DNA of 64,000 nucleotides from Alphaproteobacteria bacterium (GCA_965204765.1 CBDBFG010000003.1:33412-97411), one strand, 5' to 3'; counted from the first letter of the stretch, positions 20,464 through 30,849 are shown. Made by a program: numbers and translations. The notes: a model not told the origin generated them from the letters alone.

Positions 20464-20563
20464 TTATCATCCTAGCTCATGAAACATAAGTACTATAACA
20501 TAAATAATTTCACTTTATGTACATATAAGTATATATATTGAGTAATAGGTACATGTTTTTAGT

Positions 20564-21226
20564 ATGGTTAATATCATTCAACTTGCTTTAGATATCTCTC
20601 TTAATACTTCTTATCGGTGGGAAAATTTCTATATTTCTCCTAGTAATGAAAGTGTAGTAATGTTAGTACAGAACTGGCCTCATTGGAGTAACAGAGTCCA
20701 GCTAATCTATGGACAACAGCACTGTGGTAAAACACATATAGCACACCTTTGGGCACAAAAAAGTCGGGCTATATTCATGAACAATGATTCATTAAACTTA
20801 GATTTTTTATCAACTCAAATAACAAACAATCCGTTTGTTATCATCGATGATGCCGATAAAATAACAAACTTCAAGGGAATGTTTCATTTATATAATCTGA
20901 TTAATGAGCACCAGGGATATTTACTATTAACCTCCTCTTCTCCGGTGACACACTGGTCAGTACCTATACCTGACTTGGTATCAAGATTACGATCGATACC
21001 GGCAACTGAAATAATATCGCCTGACGATGAATTACTGTACGCGCTATTAGTGAAACGCTTTTCGGATTTACAAATCAAAGCATCAGGGCCAGTGCTAGCA
21101 TATATTGCCAAGCATGTGGAACGATCTTATCGCGGAATATACAGCCTGTGTAACAAGATAAACCAACTATCACTTGAACGTAAAAAAGAGATAACTATTC
21201 CGCTAGTTAAACAAGCATTAGCATAA
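20564..21226 (+). CDS. hdaA: DnaA-related regulatory inactivator (HdaA-like)
   Basis: 220 aa. A DnaA domain III-like core (IYGQQHCGKTHIAHLWA, VIIDDADK) and a C-terminal sensor region give Hda/HdaA size and architecture. Confidence 0.7.
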   Translation: MVNIIQLALDISLNTSYRWENFYISPSNESVVMLVQNWPHWSNRVQLIYGQQHCGKTHIAHLWAQKSRAIFMNNDSLNLDFLSTQITNNPFVIIDDADKITNFKGMFHLYNLINEHQGYLLLTSSSPVTHWSVPIPDLVSRLRSIPATEIISPDDELLYALLVKRFSDLQIKASGPVLAYIAKHVERSYRGIYSLCNKINQLSLERKKEITIPLVKQALA

Positions 21227-21490
21227 TGTTCAAGAAGCTAAGATAGTCGTATCGTAGTAAATTTATGCATATAATTCAACAATACACATATAGTAATGAT
21301 ATAGTGTGGAGGGCAACAATAGTGATCAATCACTAAGCAATTAACTGTATCCGTATTTAACATCATACTATTAAGGTACAGAACTATTACCTTAACCATA
21401 CTAGCCTTAGGATAATAGACAGATCAATTATTCTAGTTGATAATATCAATTTAAGAATAATCAGATTAAGCTATCATCCCTACTGTGTCG

Positions 21491-22531
21491 TTATTTATTT
21501 TTTAGCGCACCATTAAGTAGAACAAGACCAAATTCTTGTACACTTTTGTCTGTTTTAAGCAAATTTTCACCCAATATTCTATAATAATCTTGTAATTGTG
21601 GTAATACCGCAATTTGCTCTGCTGTTAAAATTGGTAACTTCCTCTTTTTGCACATAACCACAAATAGTATTCCATAATATATTGCTGCTGCTTTTTTCAT
21701 TGTATATAACCTTGTAATATCGTTCTCACTAACACAATCGTTTAAATAATTTTTAAGAAATATTTTGTCTTGACGCGCATTAAAAGTGTAAAAAAGAGAA
21801 ATAGTAGCAATGTCAAAAAACGGGTCTCCTTGGCACGCAGATTCCCAATCAAGAAATATAAAGTTTTTGTTAAACATAATATTGCTGGGATTCAAGTCGT
21901 TGTGACATGGTTTAGATGGATATTTATTTTGTATACTTTTTTCTATTGCCATTAATTCCGCAAAAGATTTTTCTATGATCTCATTCTTATAATCAGCAAT
22001 TATATCATAATTTTCTCGAGCAACGTCAAAAATAGATTTATAATTTTGAAACTTTTTGCCATAATGCAATTTGCAAAGCTGGGATGCCAACTGAGCAATA
22101 AAGGATTTATTATTGCTAATGTTATTACGTTTGTCATCATGTACATATTCCATGATTATCATATTTTTTTCAGGTGAAGCATAGATAATATGTGGCGCTA
22201 ATTGATTATGGCCAGCAATTTTCATAGCATTATATGTACGCACATTATCTTGGTAAGAATGATGCACATTAGAGAACTTGACAATATATTGCTTCGTCGC
22301 ACAAGTTACCTTATAGATACCATCTGATGAAAATCCTGCATGGATTTTTTCTATGGTTGCCTGAGATGTAATTTTTAGCTGAGTTTTGAGCAGTAATTGA
22401 ATTTTTTCTACATGAGACATGTTATTCTCTTTAGCAATTGATGACGTTAACAAATAGTATAATAGCAACGATATTTTTGTCGTGCTAAAAATAATTAACA
22501 ATAGCTTTTTATTCTTACAATACAGTGCCAT
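21491..22531 (-). CDS. phosphotransferase-family kinase (APH / choline-ethanolamine kinase-like)
   Basis: Brenner/catalytic motif PCHNDLNPSNIMF followed by FLDWESACQGDPFFDIA. The N-terminal 37 residues are hydrophobic (KLLLIIFSTTKISLLLYYLL). An alternative start at M38 (22420, MSHVEKI) is preceded by AAAGAGAA. Confidence 0.7.
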   Translation of the reverse strand: MALYCKNKKLLLIIFSTTKISLLLYYLLTSSIAKENNMSHVEKIQLLLKTQLKITSQATIEKIHAGFSSDGIYKVTCATKQYIVKFSNVHHSYQDNVRTYNAMKIAGHNQLAPHIIYASPEKNMIIMEYVHDDKRNNISNNKSFIAQLASQLCKLHYGKKFQNYKSIFDVARENYDIIADYKNEIIEKSFAELMAIEKSIQNKYPSKPCHNDLNPSNIMFNKNFIFLDWESACQGDPFFDIATISLFYTFNARQDKIFLKNYLNDCVSENDITRLYTMKKAAAIYYGILFVVMCKKRKLPILTAEQIAVLPQLQDYYRILGENLLKTDKSVQEFGLVLLNGALKNK

Positions 22532-22677
22532 ATCTCTTTGATAAATTATGAATTTTTATACACCATGATGCAAAATAAAGATAGTGTAAAACCACCTACA
22601 TAAATTCGAGCCAACATATTATTACAAGCAAACCCAGAACAAATTTTATCCCTAATATTCTTATCAATAAAATCAAA

Positions 22678-23526
22678 CTACATCGCCAGCAAAGATCGGA
22701 TAAAATCAGGTGCACGAATAAATGTATATAAACCGTGCAGCACTTTCTCTCCTTCGGCAGGTACCACAGGCACAAATGTTATCGTTTGTCTTTCGCAATA
22801 CTTTTGAGTTTTGGTAAATGATAATAACGGATCATGGGCAAACATAAAACAATAATATGCAACTGAATGCGGTAGATGTATTCTATCCAATTGATCCATC
22901 GCATTATAGGCGGCCAACATCCACCCATTGGTAAATTTTTTATTAAAGATACATCGACCTTTACCTTGTGTAATAGCGCAAAAAACTTTAAGCCATTTTC
23001 CGGTACGCAACTTTATCATAGGTGATAGTAAAAAAACCTGTTTGATCCTGGCACTTAACATTGTCTGATAACGATGCAAATAATCCAAAATAACAGTTCC
23101 ACCCATCGAAAAACCCATTAATGCAACATCGCCGTCAGGATCATAGCTCATTATCTTTGGTAAGATATAAGCAAAATCGTTGCTATAGGTGGCAAAAGAG
23201 TCTATATGACATACTTCATTATCTGCTATGTCTCCATCAGAGTATCCATGCCCTCTCTGCTCTATAAACCAACATATTGCACCACGTTGTGCGATAGCAT
23301 GAATAAATTTTTTATTTTTATCGTAGTGATGCGACATCCCATGCAAAAAAACTATTACCTTATTTTGCTCTTCTTCTTGTGCAGAAGTCACTCGGTATAT
23401 TCTTAATCTTGCCGCACTATCCTCATCACTTGTATCCCAATCAAAAGATTGCTGCACACAAGCATGAACAACCGCCACTACAAGATAGAAAGGTAAAATT
23501 AATATTCTAATAATGTTAAAATACAA
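22678..23526 (-). CDS. alpha/beta hydrolase (lysophospholipase / monoacylglycerol lipase-like)
   Basis: 282 aa with an N-terminal TM/signal segment, the HG oxyanion motif (VFLHGMSHH), the nucleophile elbow GFSMGG and a late His (VLHG). Confidence 0.75.
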   Translation of the reverse strand: MYFNIIRILILPFYLVVAVVHACVQQSFDWDTSDEDSAARLRIYRVTSAQEEEQNKVIVFLHGMSHHYDKNKKFIHAIAQRGAICWFIEQRGHGYSDGDIADNEVCHIDSFATYSNDFAYILPKIMSYDPDGDVALMGFSMGGTVILDYLHRYQTMLSARIKQVFLLSPMIKLRTGKWLKVFCAITQGKGRCIFNKKFTNGWMLAAYNAMDQLDRIHLPHSVAYYCFMFAHDPLLSFTKTQKYCERQTITFVPVVPAEGEKVLHGLYTFIRAPDFIRSLLAM

Positions 23527-23561
23527 ATGTCCTACTACTCATACAATTAGCCAAGAAACCA

Positions 23562-24200
23562 TTACTTAACAATGAATAATGCCCCCAACCCTTTAACTGC
23601 ATGACTCATACCCATTGCTAATAAAATAAATGCAAATAATATAGTTAAAATTAATGCACCTGATTTTCCTAGTATTTTATCTATGCTACTGGAATAAAAA
23701 CAACATATAGCAACCATAGCACAAGTTACTATTAAACCAATTGCCGCTGCTGCGTACTCTAATAAATCAAACCTAAAATTATTTTCATTGATATAAGTCG
23801 AAAGAGTCAAAATCGTAGAAATAGCACCACCACCAATCGTTAAAGGTACTGTAAGAGGATAAACTATGGAGTGTTCCAAGCTATCTTCCGAAGAATCTTG
23901 TGGTTGATCATTGGATAACATTTTCCACCCTGAAACAAAAATTAATATACCACCAACTACTCTAACCTCGGCAATACTAATCCCAAAAAATAACAACAAT
24001 GGTTTACCAAGCAATAAAATAATTATACAAATCAAAGTAGAATAAAAAAACAAACTCCAAGATACTTGCTTATATTGCTCTTTATTATAACTCTTATTAG
24101 CAAACATTGCGTTAAACGCAATCGCTATTAAAATTGGATTTAGAATTGGAATTATGTCCTTTAAGGTCATAGAAAACACATGTATAAATTGCGCAGTCAT
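23562..24200 (-). CDS. MarC / UPF0056 (NAAT) family integral membrane protein
   Basis: 212 aa with about 6 TM segments and MarC-like size and topology (N-terminal IPILNPILIAIAF...). Confidence 0.65.
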   Translation of the reverse strand: MTAQFIHVFSMTLKDIIPILNPILIAIAFNAMFANKSYNKEQYKQVSWSLFFYSTLICIIILLLGKPLLLFFGISIAEVRVVGGILIFVSGWKMLSNDQPQDSSEDSLEHSIVYPLTVPLTIGGGAISTILTLSTYINENNFRFDLLEYAAAAIGLIVTCAMVAICCFYSSSIDKILGKSGALILTILFAFILLAMGMSHAVKGLGALFIVK

Positions 24201-24429
24201 TATTCTTTCCTCTTATCATGTTGCACTCAGATTGTACCGCATTAATAGAAGAATTACATTAAAAACTAGTGTTATTATGTTTGAACGTGAAACATAGCTA
24301 CACTATAAAACGTTGAAATTGTGGCATAAGTATGTTTATTTATAGTGTTTTCGTTTGAATTAATACTAATTTGATCAATACGATTACAAACACTATATAT
24401 TGTATATATTACTGGAATAGGTTGAATAA

Positions 24430-24897
24430 ATGACAAAAGAATCTGGATCGTTTAACGAAAAACTCATAAGAAAACTAGCAAATATTCTCAATGAAACCGG
24501 CCTAACTGAAATTGAATACGAAAAAGAACAGTGCAGAATAAAAGTAGCCAAACAACAGCACCATCACAATGTTACATCCGTTCAACCTGTTGTCTCTACT
24601 GCAACCGAACAAAATGTAGTAAACCCATCACCCACTCCACAACCAACAACACAAAACAATCTTCATAACGCAATTAAAGCACCAATGGTGGGCAATATTT
24701 ATCTATCCCCAGCACCAAATGAAAACAAGTTTGTGCAATTAGGTGATGCGGTTAAATCGGGCGATACCCTACTTATTATCGAATCAATGAAAGTAATGAA
24801 TCAAATTAAGTCAGATAAAGATGGTATTGTAAAAGAAATTTTAGTCAATGATGCTGAGCCAGTAGAATTTGATCAACCATTAATAGTCATTGAATAA
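24430..24897 (+). CDS. accB: acetyl-CoA carboxylase biotin carboxyl carrier protein
   Basis: 155 aa with a Pro/Thr/Gln-rich linker and the biotinylation motif IESMKVMNQI near the C-terminus. Confidence 0.9.
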   Translation: MTKESGSFNEKLIRKLANILNETGLTEIEYEKEQCRIKVAKQQHHHNVTSVQPVVSTATEQNVVNPSPTPQPTTQNNLHNAIKAPMVGNIYLSPAPNENKFVQLGDAVKSGDTLLIIESMKVMNQIKSDKDGIVKEILVNDAEPVEFDQPLIVIE

Positions 24898-24927
24898 GTA
24901 ACAGGCTAATTTGCAAGAGATTAGAAT

Positions 24928-26277
24928 ATGATAAAAAAAGTACTAATAGCTAATAGGGGTGAAATCGCTCTGCGTATTCATCGTGCTTGTCATGAAATAG
25001 GAATCAAGACCGTTGCGATACATTCTACCGCTGATGCTAAATCTATGCATGTCAGACTAGCCGATGAAAGTGTATGTATCGGCCCACCTAACTCAAAAAA
25101 TAGTTATCTTAATATGCAGGCTATCCTATCCGCAGCCAGCGTTTCTGGTGCGGACGCTATACATCCTGGTTACGGTTTTTTGTCAGAGAATCCTGTATTT
25201 GCCAATATGGTCGAAGAACATGGTTTTATTTTTATTGGCCCATCTGCACAACACATGCAAATTATGGGTGATAAAATTACCGCAAAAAACAAAATGATTG
25301 CACTAGGTATACCAGTAGTACCAGGATCAGATGGCTGTGTACAAAAAACCGATGATATCAACGAACTATGTGACAAGATAGGTTATCCTGTGTTGGTCAA
25401 AGCATCTGGTGGTGGTGGTGGTAAAGGTATGCAAATTGTACATACTCAAGACCAACTACCAAACGCTATTGCTATTGCCAAACAAGAAGCAGCAGCCAAT
25501 TTTAATAACGATGAAGTGTTTATTGAAAAATTTTTGCAAAAGCCGCGACACATTGAAATACAAGTATTGGCAGATAATTTTGGCAATGTTATTCATCTTG
25601 GAGAACGAGACTGTTCATTACAACGCAGACATCAAAAAGTTTGGGAAGAAGCCCCAAGCCCAGTCATTACTACCGAACAAAGAAATAAATTGGGTTCTCT
25701 GGTGGTAAGTGCCTGTCAAAAACTAGGTTATCGCGGTGCGGGTACGTTTGAATTTTTATACGAAGATGAACAATTCTTTTTTATTGAAATGAACACTAGA
25801 ATCCAAGTTGAACACCCGGTAACAGAAATGGTAACAGGAATAGACCTAGTACAAGAACAAATACGAATCGCCTGTGGCGAAAAATTACATTATACCCAAA
25901 ATGATATAAAACTAACAGGCCATGCTATTGAATGTCGGATCAATGCAGAGCACCCTGCTACTTTTGCCCCAAGCCCAGGTATGATCAAAGACTATCATAC
26001 ACCCGGGGGACCAGGGGTCAGAATAGATAGCGCCCTGTACAGTGGTTATACAATTTCACCACATTACGACAGCCTTATTGCTAAACTTATCGTACTTGGT
26101 AATGATCGGCAAGAATGCCTGCGCAGGCTAGGTAGATCCCTTGAAGAATACGTCATAGACGGAATCAACACCATTATTCCATTGCACCAAAAACTAGCCA
26201 AAGAACAAGATATCATTAGCGGTGAATACGATATTCACTGGTTAGAAAATTATCTGGACAATGACCATACAGAATAA
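24928..26277 (+). CDS. accC: acetyl-CoA carboxylase biotin carboxylase subunit
   Basis: KVLIANRGEIALRI, HPGYGFLSEN, GGGGKGM, ATP-grasp FIEMNTRIQVEHPVTE; 449 aa. Confidence 0.97.
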   Translation: MIKKVLIANRGEIALRIHRACHEIGIKTVAIHSTADAKSMHVRLADESVCIGPPNSKNSYLNMQAILSAASVSGADAIHPGYGFLSENPVFANMVEEHGFIFIGPSAQHMQIMGDKITAKNKMIALGIPVVPGSDGCVQKTDDINELCDKIGYPVLVKASGGGGGKGMQIVHTQDQLPNAIAIAKQEAAANFNNDEVFIEKFLQKPRHIEIQVLADNFGNVIHLGERDCSLQRRHQKVWEEAPSPVITTEQRNKLGSLVVSACQKLGYRGAGTFEFLYEDEQFFFIEMNTRIQVEHPVTEMVTGIDLVQEQIRIACGEKLHYTQNDIKLTGHAIECRINAEHPATFAPSPGMIKDYHTPGGPGVRIDSALYSGYTISPHYDSLIAKLIVLGNDRQECLRRLGRSLEEYVIDGINTIIPLHQKLAKEQDIISGEYDIHWLENYLDNDHTE

Positions 26278-27502
26278 ACAATTACTGCACTCTAAGATAC
26301 CTAAACGAAGTAATGCCATAGATTACTTACGTGGTGTAATGATTATGTTAGTAGTTCTGGATCATGCGATGCATGCTTATTCACCAAGTTTTAAAAATTT
26401 TTGGTTTATTCAGGATTTTGGCGGTAGCATAATCTTTGACATTTGGCATATGCATAATGATGCTATCATGATGATAATGTTATTTTTTATCTCGGGAATG
26501 TTTGTCATACCATCACTGCACCGCCATGGACTTAAGCAATTTGCATATAATAAATTTATACGATTATGTATACCTTTTATCTTTGGTATGGTACTAATAG
26601 TCCCACCGCAAAAATATGCTAAATACTTAATTAAAACCGAACACAATATTAGCTTACTAGATTATTGGCGTAACATATATTTCGTTGACGACCTAGCAGC
26701 AAGCGGTTTTTGGTTTTTATACTATCTGGTGCTATTAACCATAATGTTGGTATTGCTACATTATTATATCCCATCGATAATAAATTTGTTCACACGATAT
26801 GCTAATTTTATTATTAATCATCCTGGACAAGGAATCTGTAGTTTAATCGTACTATCATCTTGCACACTAATCATAAGTGATTTTCTATTGGGTGCGCATT
26901 GGTGGATAGGTGGATATAAAATATTCTATGTTAGAGGAGCAAGATTCGTACTAAAGGCGTTATTCTTTTTACTTGGTGCCGGATTTGCTATAACCAAAGC
27001 ACTCACCAATAATGAAGTACAACGTAGACTTGCGACAAAATGGCAACCCACATTAATGATATTCATTGTCGTATTAGCACTATATATCACTTACTCTTTA
27101 TATAACTTTTATGACGGAGCATATAATCTAGAAGTAAAAAGACATTTTTATTTTGGTGGTACTGTTGCTGATGTTTGGCCAATAATTACTACTTATAGCC
27201 TACCTGTAATAATCAGGAATATTTTATTAGCCATGGTAATATGCTGTGGAATACTGGCTTATTTTTCTTGTTTTTACAGATTCTTTAATCACAATATTAC
27301 TATTTTACAGTCATTCGCAATATGCTCGTATGGTATTTTTATCTTTCACGAACCTGTTGTTACCACCATACAATATTGGTTTTATATGCAAGATATTCAT
27401 GTCGGTATAAAATTTATCTGTACTGTATTGCCATCATTGTTTATTACATGGTACCTTGTGCACAAAATACGTACTCTGCCCCTTATTAGAAAGGTTTTAT
27501 AA
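26261..27502 (+). CDS. acyltransferase family 3 (membrane O-acyltransferase, OpgC/OafA-like)
   Basis: 413 aa with about 10 TM segments and the N-terminal motif AIDYLRGVMIMLVVLDHA typical of acyltransferase_3. Overlaps the accC stop by 17 nt. Confidence 0.75.
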   Translation: MTIQNKQLLHSKIPKRSNAIDYLRGVMIMLVVLDHAMHAYSPSFKNFWFIQDFGGSIIFDIWHMHNDAIMMIMLFFISGMFVIPSLHRHGLKQFAYNKFIRLCIPFIFGMVLIVPPQKYAKYLIKTEHNISLLDYWRNIYFVDDLAASGFWFLYYLVLLTIMLVLLHYYIPSIINLFTRYANFIINHPGQGICSLIVLSSCTLIISDFLLGAHWWIGGYKIFYVRGARFVLKALFFLLGAGFAITKALTNNEVQRRLATKWQPTLMIFIVVLALYITYSLYNFYDGAYNLEVKRHFYFGGTVADVWPIITTYSLPVIIRNILLAMVICCGILAYFSCFYRFFNHNITILQSFAICSYGIFIFHEPVVTTIQYWFYMQDIHVGIKFICTVLPSLFITWYLVHKIRTLPLIRKVL

Positions 27503-27504
27503 TA

Positions 27505-28857
27505 ATGAAAGTCGTAATTGTTGGCAGGCCAAATGTTGGTAAATCAACATTGTTTAACCGTTTGGTAGGAAAAAAAGCAGCCATAGTTGATAATATTTCT
27601 GGTGTAACCAGAGATTGGAAAGCATTGCCTGCTAACATAGCCGATTTGCACTTTGAAATTATTGATACTGCAGGCTTACTGGGTTTCGAAGAAAAAACTT
27701 TATCCCAACAAATTGCTACACAAACCCATAATATTATCGAAATCGCGGATATTATCCTTTTTGTCATCGATGGTATTAGTGGCATCGTCAGCAGCGATAT
27801 TACCCTGGCACGTGAAATAAACAAAAAACACGGTAATAAGGTTGTGTTACTGGCTAATAAATGCGAGAACCATAAAACTTTACATAATATTCACGAATGC
27901 CACCGCTTAGGCATGGGTGATGCTATACCTGTTTCTGCTGAACATGGTACGGGTATGGATTTGTTATATAATACTTTAAAAGCAACACAAACAAGATTAC
28001 AAATCACACCAATTGATACTGATAATGAAGACCTCAACCAGACAAAAGAGACCCTTGATATTGCAATAGTAGGTCGTCCTAATGCCGGCAAATCAACCTT
28101 AATCAATAAATTGATTAATGAGAATCGCTTATTAACCGGTGATACTCCTGGGGTTACCAGGGACTCTATTGCTATAAATTGGACATATAATGAACGCAAG
28201 ATTCGCTTAATAGATACCGCAGGCATGAGGAAAAAAGCCAAAATAGACCAAAGGCTGGAACGTTTATCGACCTCCGATACTATTAACTCAATCAAATATT
28301 CAGAAATTACTATTATTGTCGTAGATGCAACCATGCCTCTACAAAAACAAGATTTAACTATAGCTGAACATGTCATTAACGAAGGTAGAGGATTGGTGAT
28401 AGCCGTCAATAAATCTGATCTAAAACACGGCAACTGGTTAGTGGAAATACATAAAGAACTGCACTATATCCTACCCCAGGTAAAAAACATACCGTGCATT
28501 GCCATTTCCGCTATTCATAACAAAAACATTGATAAATTAATGCAAGCGGTATTTCAGATCGAAGAGTTATGGAACACCCGAATCTCAACCTCGGTGTTAA
28601 ATCAATGGCTGAATAATGTTATTAGCCATCACCCACCCCCTCTTGACAAAGGTAGCCGCATCAAAATAAAATACATGACACAAATCAAGACCAGACCACC
28701 TACTTTTGTATTATTTATTTCGAAGCCGGCAAAATTGCTTGATTCATATCTACGATACTTATTAAATAAATTACGTGCTGACTTTGACTTGCCTGGTGTC
28801 CCCATAAGGTTGCAAACCAGAAAAGGAAAAAACCCATATGATACGCAGCAAAAATGA
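27505..28857 (+). CDS. der: ribosome-associated GTPase Der (EngA), tandem GTPase domains + KH
   Basis: Two G domains (GRPNVGKSTLFN...DTAG; GRPNAGKSTLIN...DTAGMR...NKSD) and a C-terminal KH-like domain with PPTFVLF. Confidence 0.95.
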   Translation: MKVVIVGRPNVGKSTLFNRLVGKKAAIVDNISGVTRDWKALPANIADLHFEIIDTAGLLGFEEKTLSQQIATQTHNIIEIADIILFVIDGISGIVSSDITLAREINKKHGNKVVLLANKCENHKTLHNIHECHRLGMGDAIPVSAEHGTGMDLLYNTLKATQTRLQITPIDTDNEDLNQTKETLDIAIVGRPNAGKSTLINKLINENRLLTGDTPGVTRDSIAINWTYNERKIRLIDTAGMRKKAKIDQRLERLSTSDTINSIKYSEITIIVVDATMPLQKQDLTIAEHVINEGRGLVIAVNKSDLKHGNWLVEIHKELHYILPQVKNIPCIAISAIHNKNIDKLMQAVFQIEELWNTRISTSVLNQWLNNVISHHPPPLDKGSRIKIKYMTQIKTRPPTFVLFISKPAKLLDSYLRYLLNKLRADFDLPGVPIRLQTRKGKNPYDTQQK

Positions 28858-28961
28858 TCTGAGCTAGTGCACAATAGCGCTAAAGCAATGTATTGCCACC
28901 ATTAACTAATGATGACATGGCACACAAAAAGAAAAAATTACGAACAAGATTAGAGGATTAA

Positions 28962-29981
28962 ATGAAGTATAACATAGCAGTTGTTGGCGCAACGGGAAAT
29001 GTCGGACGAGAAATCTTAACTATCCTAGAAGAGCGTGAATTACCAATTAATAATATTTATGCTTTGGCCTCGGAGCAATCAATTGGTAAAGAAGTATCCT
29101 TTGGTGATGATAGAACTTTGCGTATTGATGCCGTTAAATATTTTGATTTTACCAAAGCAGATATTGCATTTTTCTGTGCTGGATCAAAAGTTTCAGCCGA
29201 ATACGCTCCTCAAGCCGCACAAGCAGGTACAATAGTAATCGACAAATCCTCGTACTTTAGAATGCATAAAGATGTAACGCTACTAGTACCGGAAGTAAAT
29301 GGGCATTTGTTGGAAAATAACTTAGCATCTAATATCATAGCTAGCCCTAATTGTGTAGCGATCCCTTTAAGTGCAGTTTTAGCGCCACTACATGCTGAAA
29401 ACCCCATTAAACGAGTAGTAGTGTCCACTTATCAATCGGTCTCTGGCGCGGGTAGAAAGGCCATGGATGAACTATTTAATCAAACCAAGAGTTCCTTTGT
29501 CCACCATGATAGTGACGCTAGCATAATGGCTAAAAAAATTGCCTTTAATGTTATACCTTGTATTGATACTGTGCAAGAATCAGGCTACACCGGAGAAGAA
29601 GAAAAAATAATAGCCGAAGTACAAAAAATAATAGACCCAACAATCGCGATAACCACCACTTGCGTTCGTGTTCCCGTATTCATTGGGCATTGTTTAGCAA
29701 TCAATATAGAATTTAGCAACCAAATTACTCCCCAAGAAATAAGATCTAGTTATAATATAGAACACGGAGTGGTAGTACTGGATAAACCAGAACAAGAACT
29801 ATACATTACACCAGAAGAAATAGCTGGTGAGGATATAGTAGCTGTCAGCCGTATCAGGCAAGACAAATCAACTAAGAATGGAATAGCAATGTGGGCTGCA
29901 TGCGATAACCTACGCAAAGGAGCAGCTTTAAATGCTGTACAAATTGCAGAAAAGATTATTGCTAGTAACAGGAATAATTAA
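28962..29981 (+). CDS. asd: aspartate-semialdehyde dehydrogenase
   Basis: VVGATGNVGRE N-terminus, active-site SPNCVAIPL, YQSVSGAG, and C-terminal DNLRKGAALNAVQIAE. Confidence 0.93.
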   Translation: MKYNIAVVGATGNVGREILTILEERELPINNIYALASEQSIGKEVSFGDDRTLRIDAVKYFDFTKADIAFFCAGSKVSAEYAPQAAQAGTIVIDKSSYFRMHKDVTLLVPEVNGHLLENNLASNIIASPNCVAIPLSAVLAPLHAENPIKRVVVSTYQSVSGAGRKAMDELFNQTKSSFVHHDSDASIMAKKIAFNVIPCIDTVQESGYTGEEEKIIAEVQKIIDPTIAITTTCVRVPVFIGHCLAINIEFSNQITPQEIRSSYNIEHGVVVLDKPEQELYITPEEIAGEDIVAVSRIRQDKSTKNGIAMWAACDNLRKGAALNAVQIAEKIIASNRNN

Positions 29982-30060
29982 ATTTTATTGTTATCTATCA
30001 TGGACGATATGCTACACTTTGATAATACACATTAAACGGAACATAAAGGTTGGGATAATT

Positions 30061-30849
30061 ATGGCAGTATCATCTTTATTATTAGATACAGCACCACGTA
30101 GCGAAACGGTCAGCAAAGAAATAGCCAATAATGTATTATACCTTCCAATTGCTCATGAGAAAATAACCAGCATTCCAATCAAGGAAAATTCTGAAAAACT
30201 AGCTGATTTGAAGCAAATCAATAATGACAGGATCATACCACTGGAAACATTTGACTCAAAGTACGCCACATATGACGGAGCTTCAAAAATTCGCCTGGGA
30301 GTGTTGCAATGCTTGCTTAAGATGCTCAACATACTACCAAATGATATCGGCATTGCCTATTTTGAAGGATTTCGTCCAATAGAACAGCAAAAAGAGTATT
30401 TTGATAAAAAATTTCAAGAAAATCTAGCAATAATGCATGATAAACCCGCGGCTTACCTTGAAACTACTAAGTCTGTTTCCCCGTTTATCAATAATATTCC
30501 ACCACATTGCACTGGTGCCGCAATAGATATGACTTTATTTCGGATCGTAAATGGTAAAAAACAACTGTTAGACATGGGGAAATTTGATACCGTTTTTGGT
30601 GTCAATGAACAACAAGAAACATTTTCGTCAAATACATCCAAGATCCAACAAGAAAATAGACTAGTTCTATTAAATGCCGCTATAAAATCAGGACTGGTAA
30701 ATTATGGTTACGAATGGTGGCACTATAGTTATGGCGATAAAGCCTGGGCATATTTACATGATAAGCAATTTGCAATATATGGTTTAGTTGCTGATAAGGA
30801 TCACCCTATATTTCTAATGACTATGGAAGATTATCTAAGTAACTTTTAA
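30061..30849 (+). CDS. M15-family D-alanyl-D-alanine dipeptidase (VanX/DdpX-like)
   Basis: FEGFRPIEQQ, zinc ligands in PPHCTGAAIDMTL (SxHxxGxAxD pattern) and the EWWHYSYGD motif. The start is taken at MAVSSLL (30061); the ORF-track start at 29932 would overlap asd. Confidence 0.75.
   Translation: MAVSSLLLDTAPRSETVSKEIANNVLYLPIAHEKITSIPIKENSEKLADLKQINNDRIIPLETFDSKYATYDGASKIRLGVLQCLLKMLNILPNDIGIAYFEGFRPIEQQKEYFDKKFQENLAIMHDKPAAYLETTKSVSPFINNIPPHCTGAAIDMTLFRIVNGKKQLLDMGKFDTVFGVNEQQETFSSNTSKIQQENRLVLLNAAIKSGLVNYGYEWWHYSYGDKAWAYLHDKQFAIYGLVADKDHPIFLMTMEDYLSNF

Noticed and set aside
27891-28433. 180 aa ORF antisense to der, together with similar antisense ORFs at 101-388 (pyrG), 51411-51911 (glyS), 62599-63054 (yajC), 36425-37201 (flbD) and 5646-6011 (mutS)
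   Set aside because: All are embedded opposite well-supported conserved genes, have no recognisable motifs, and have no independent RBS or promoter context.
29932-30060. N-terminal 43-codon extension of the VanX-like ORF overlapping the end of asd
   Set aside because: The extension (MLYKLQKRLLLVTGIIKFYCY...) is not part of the M15 domain and overlaps asd by 50 nt. The Met at 30061 gives a normal-length protein.
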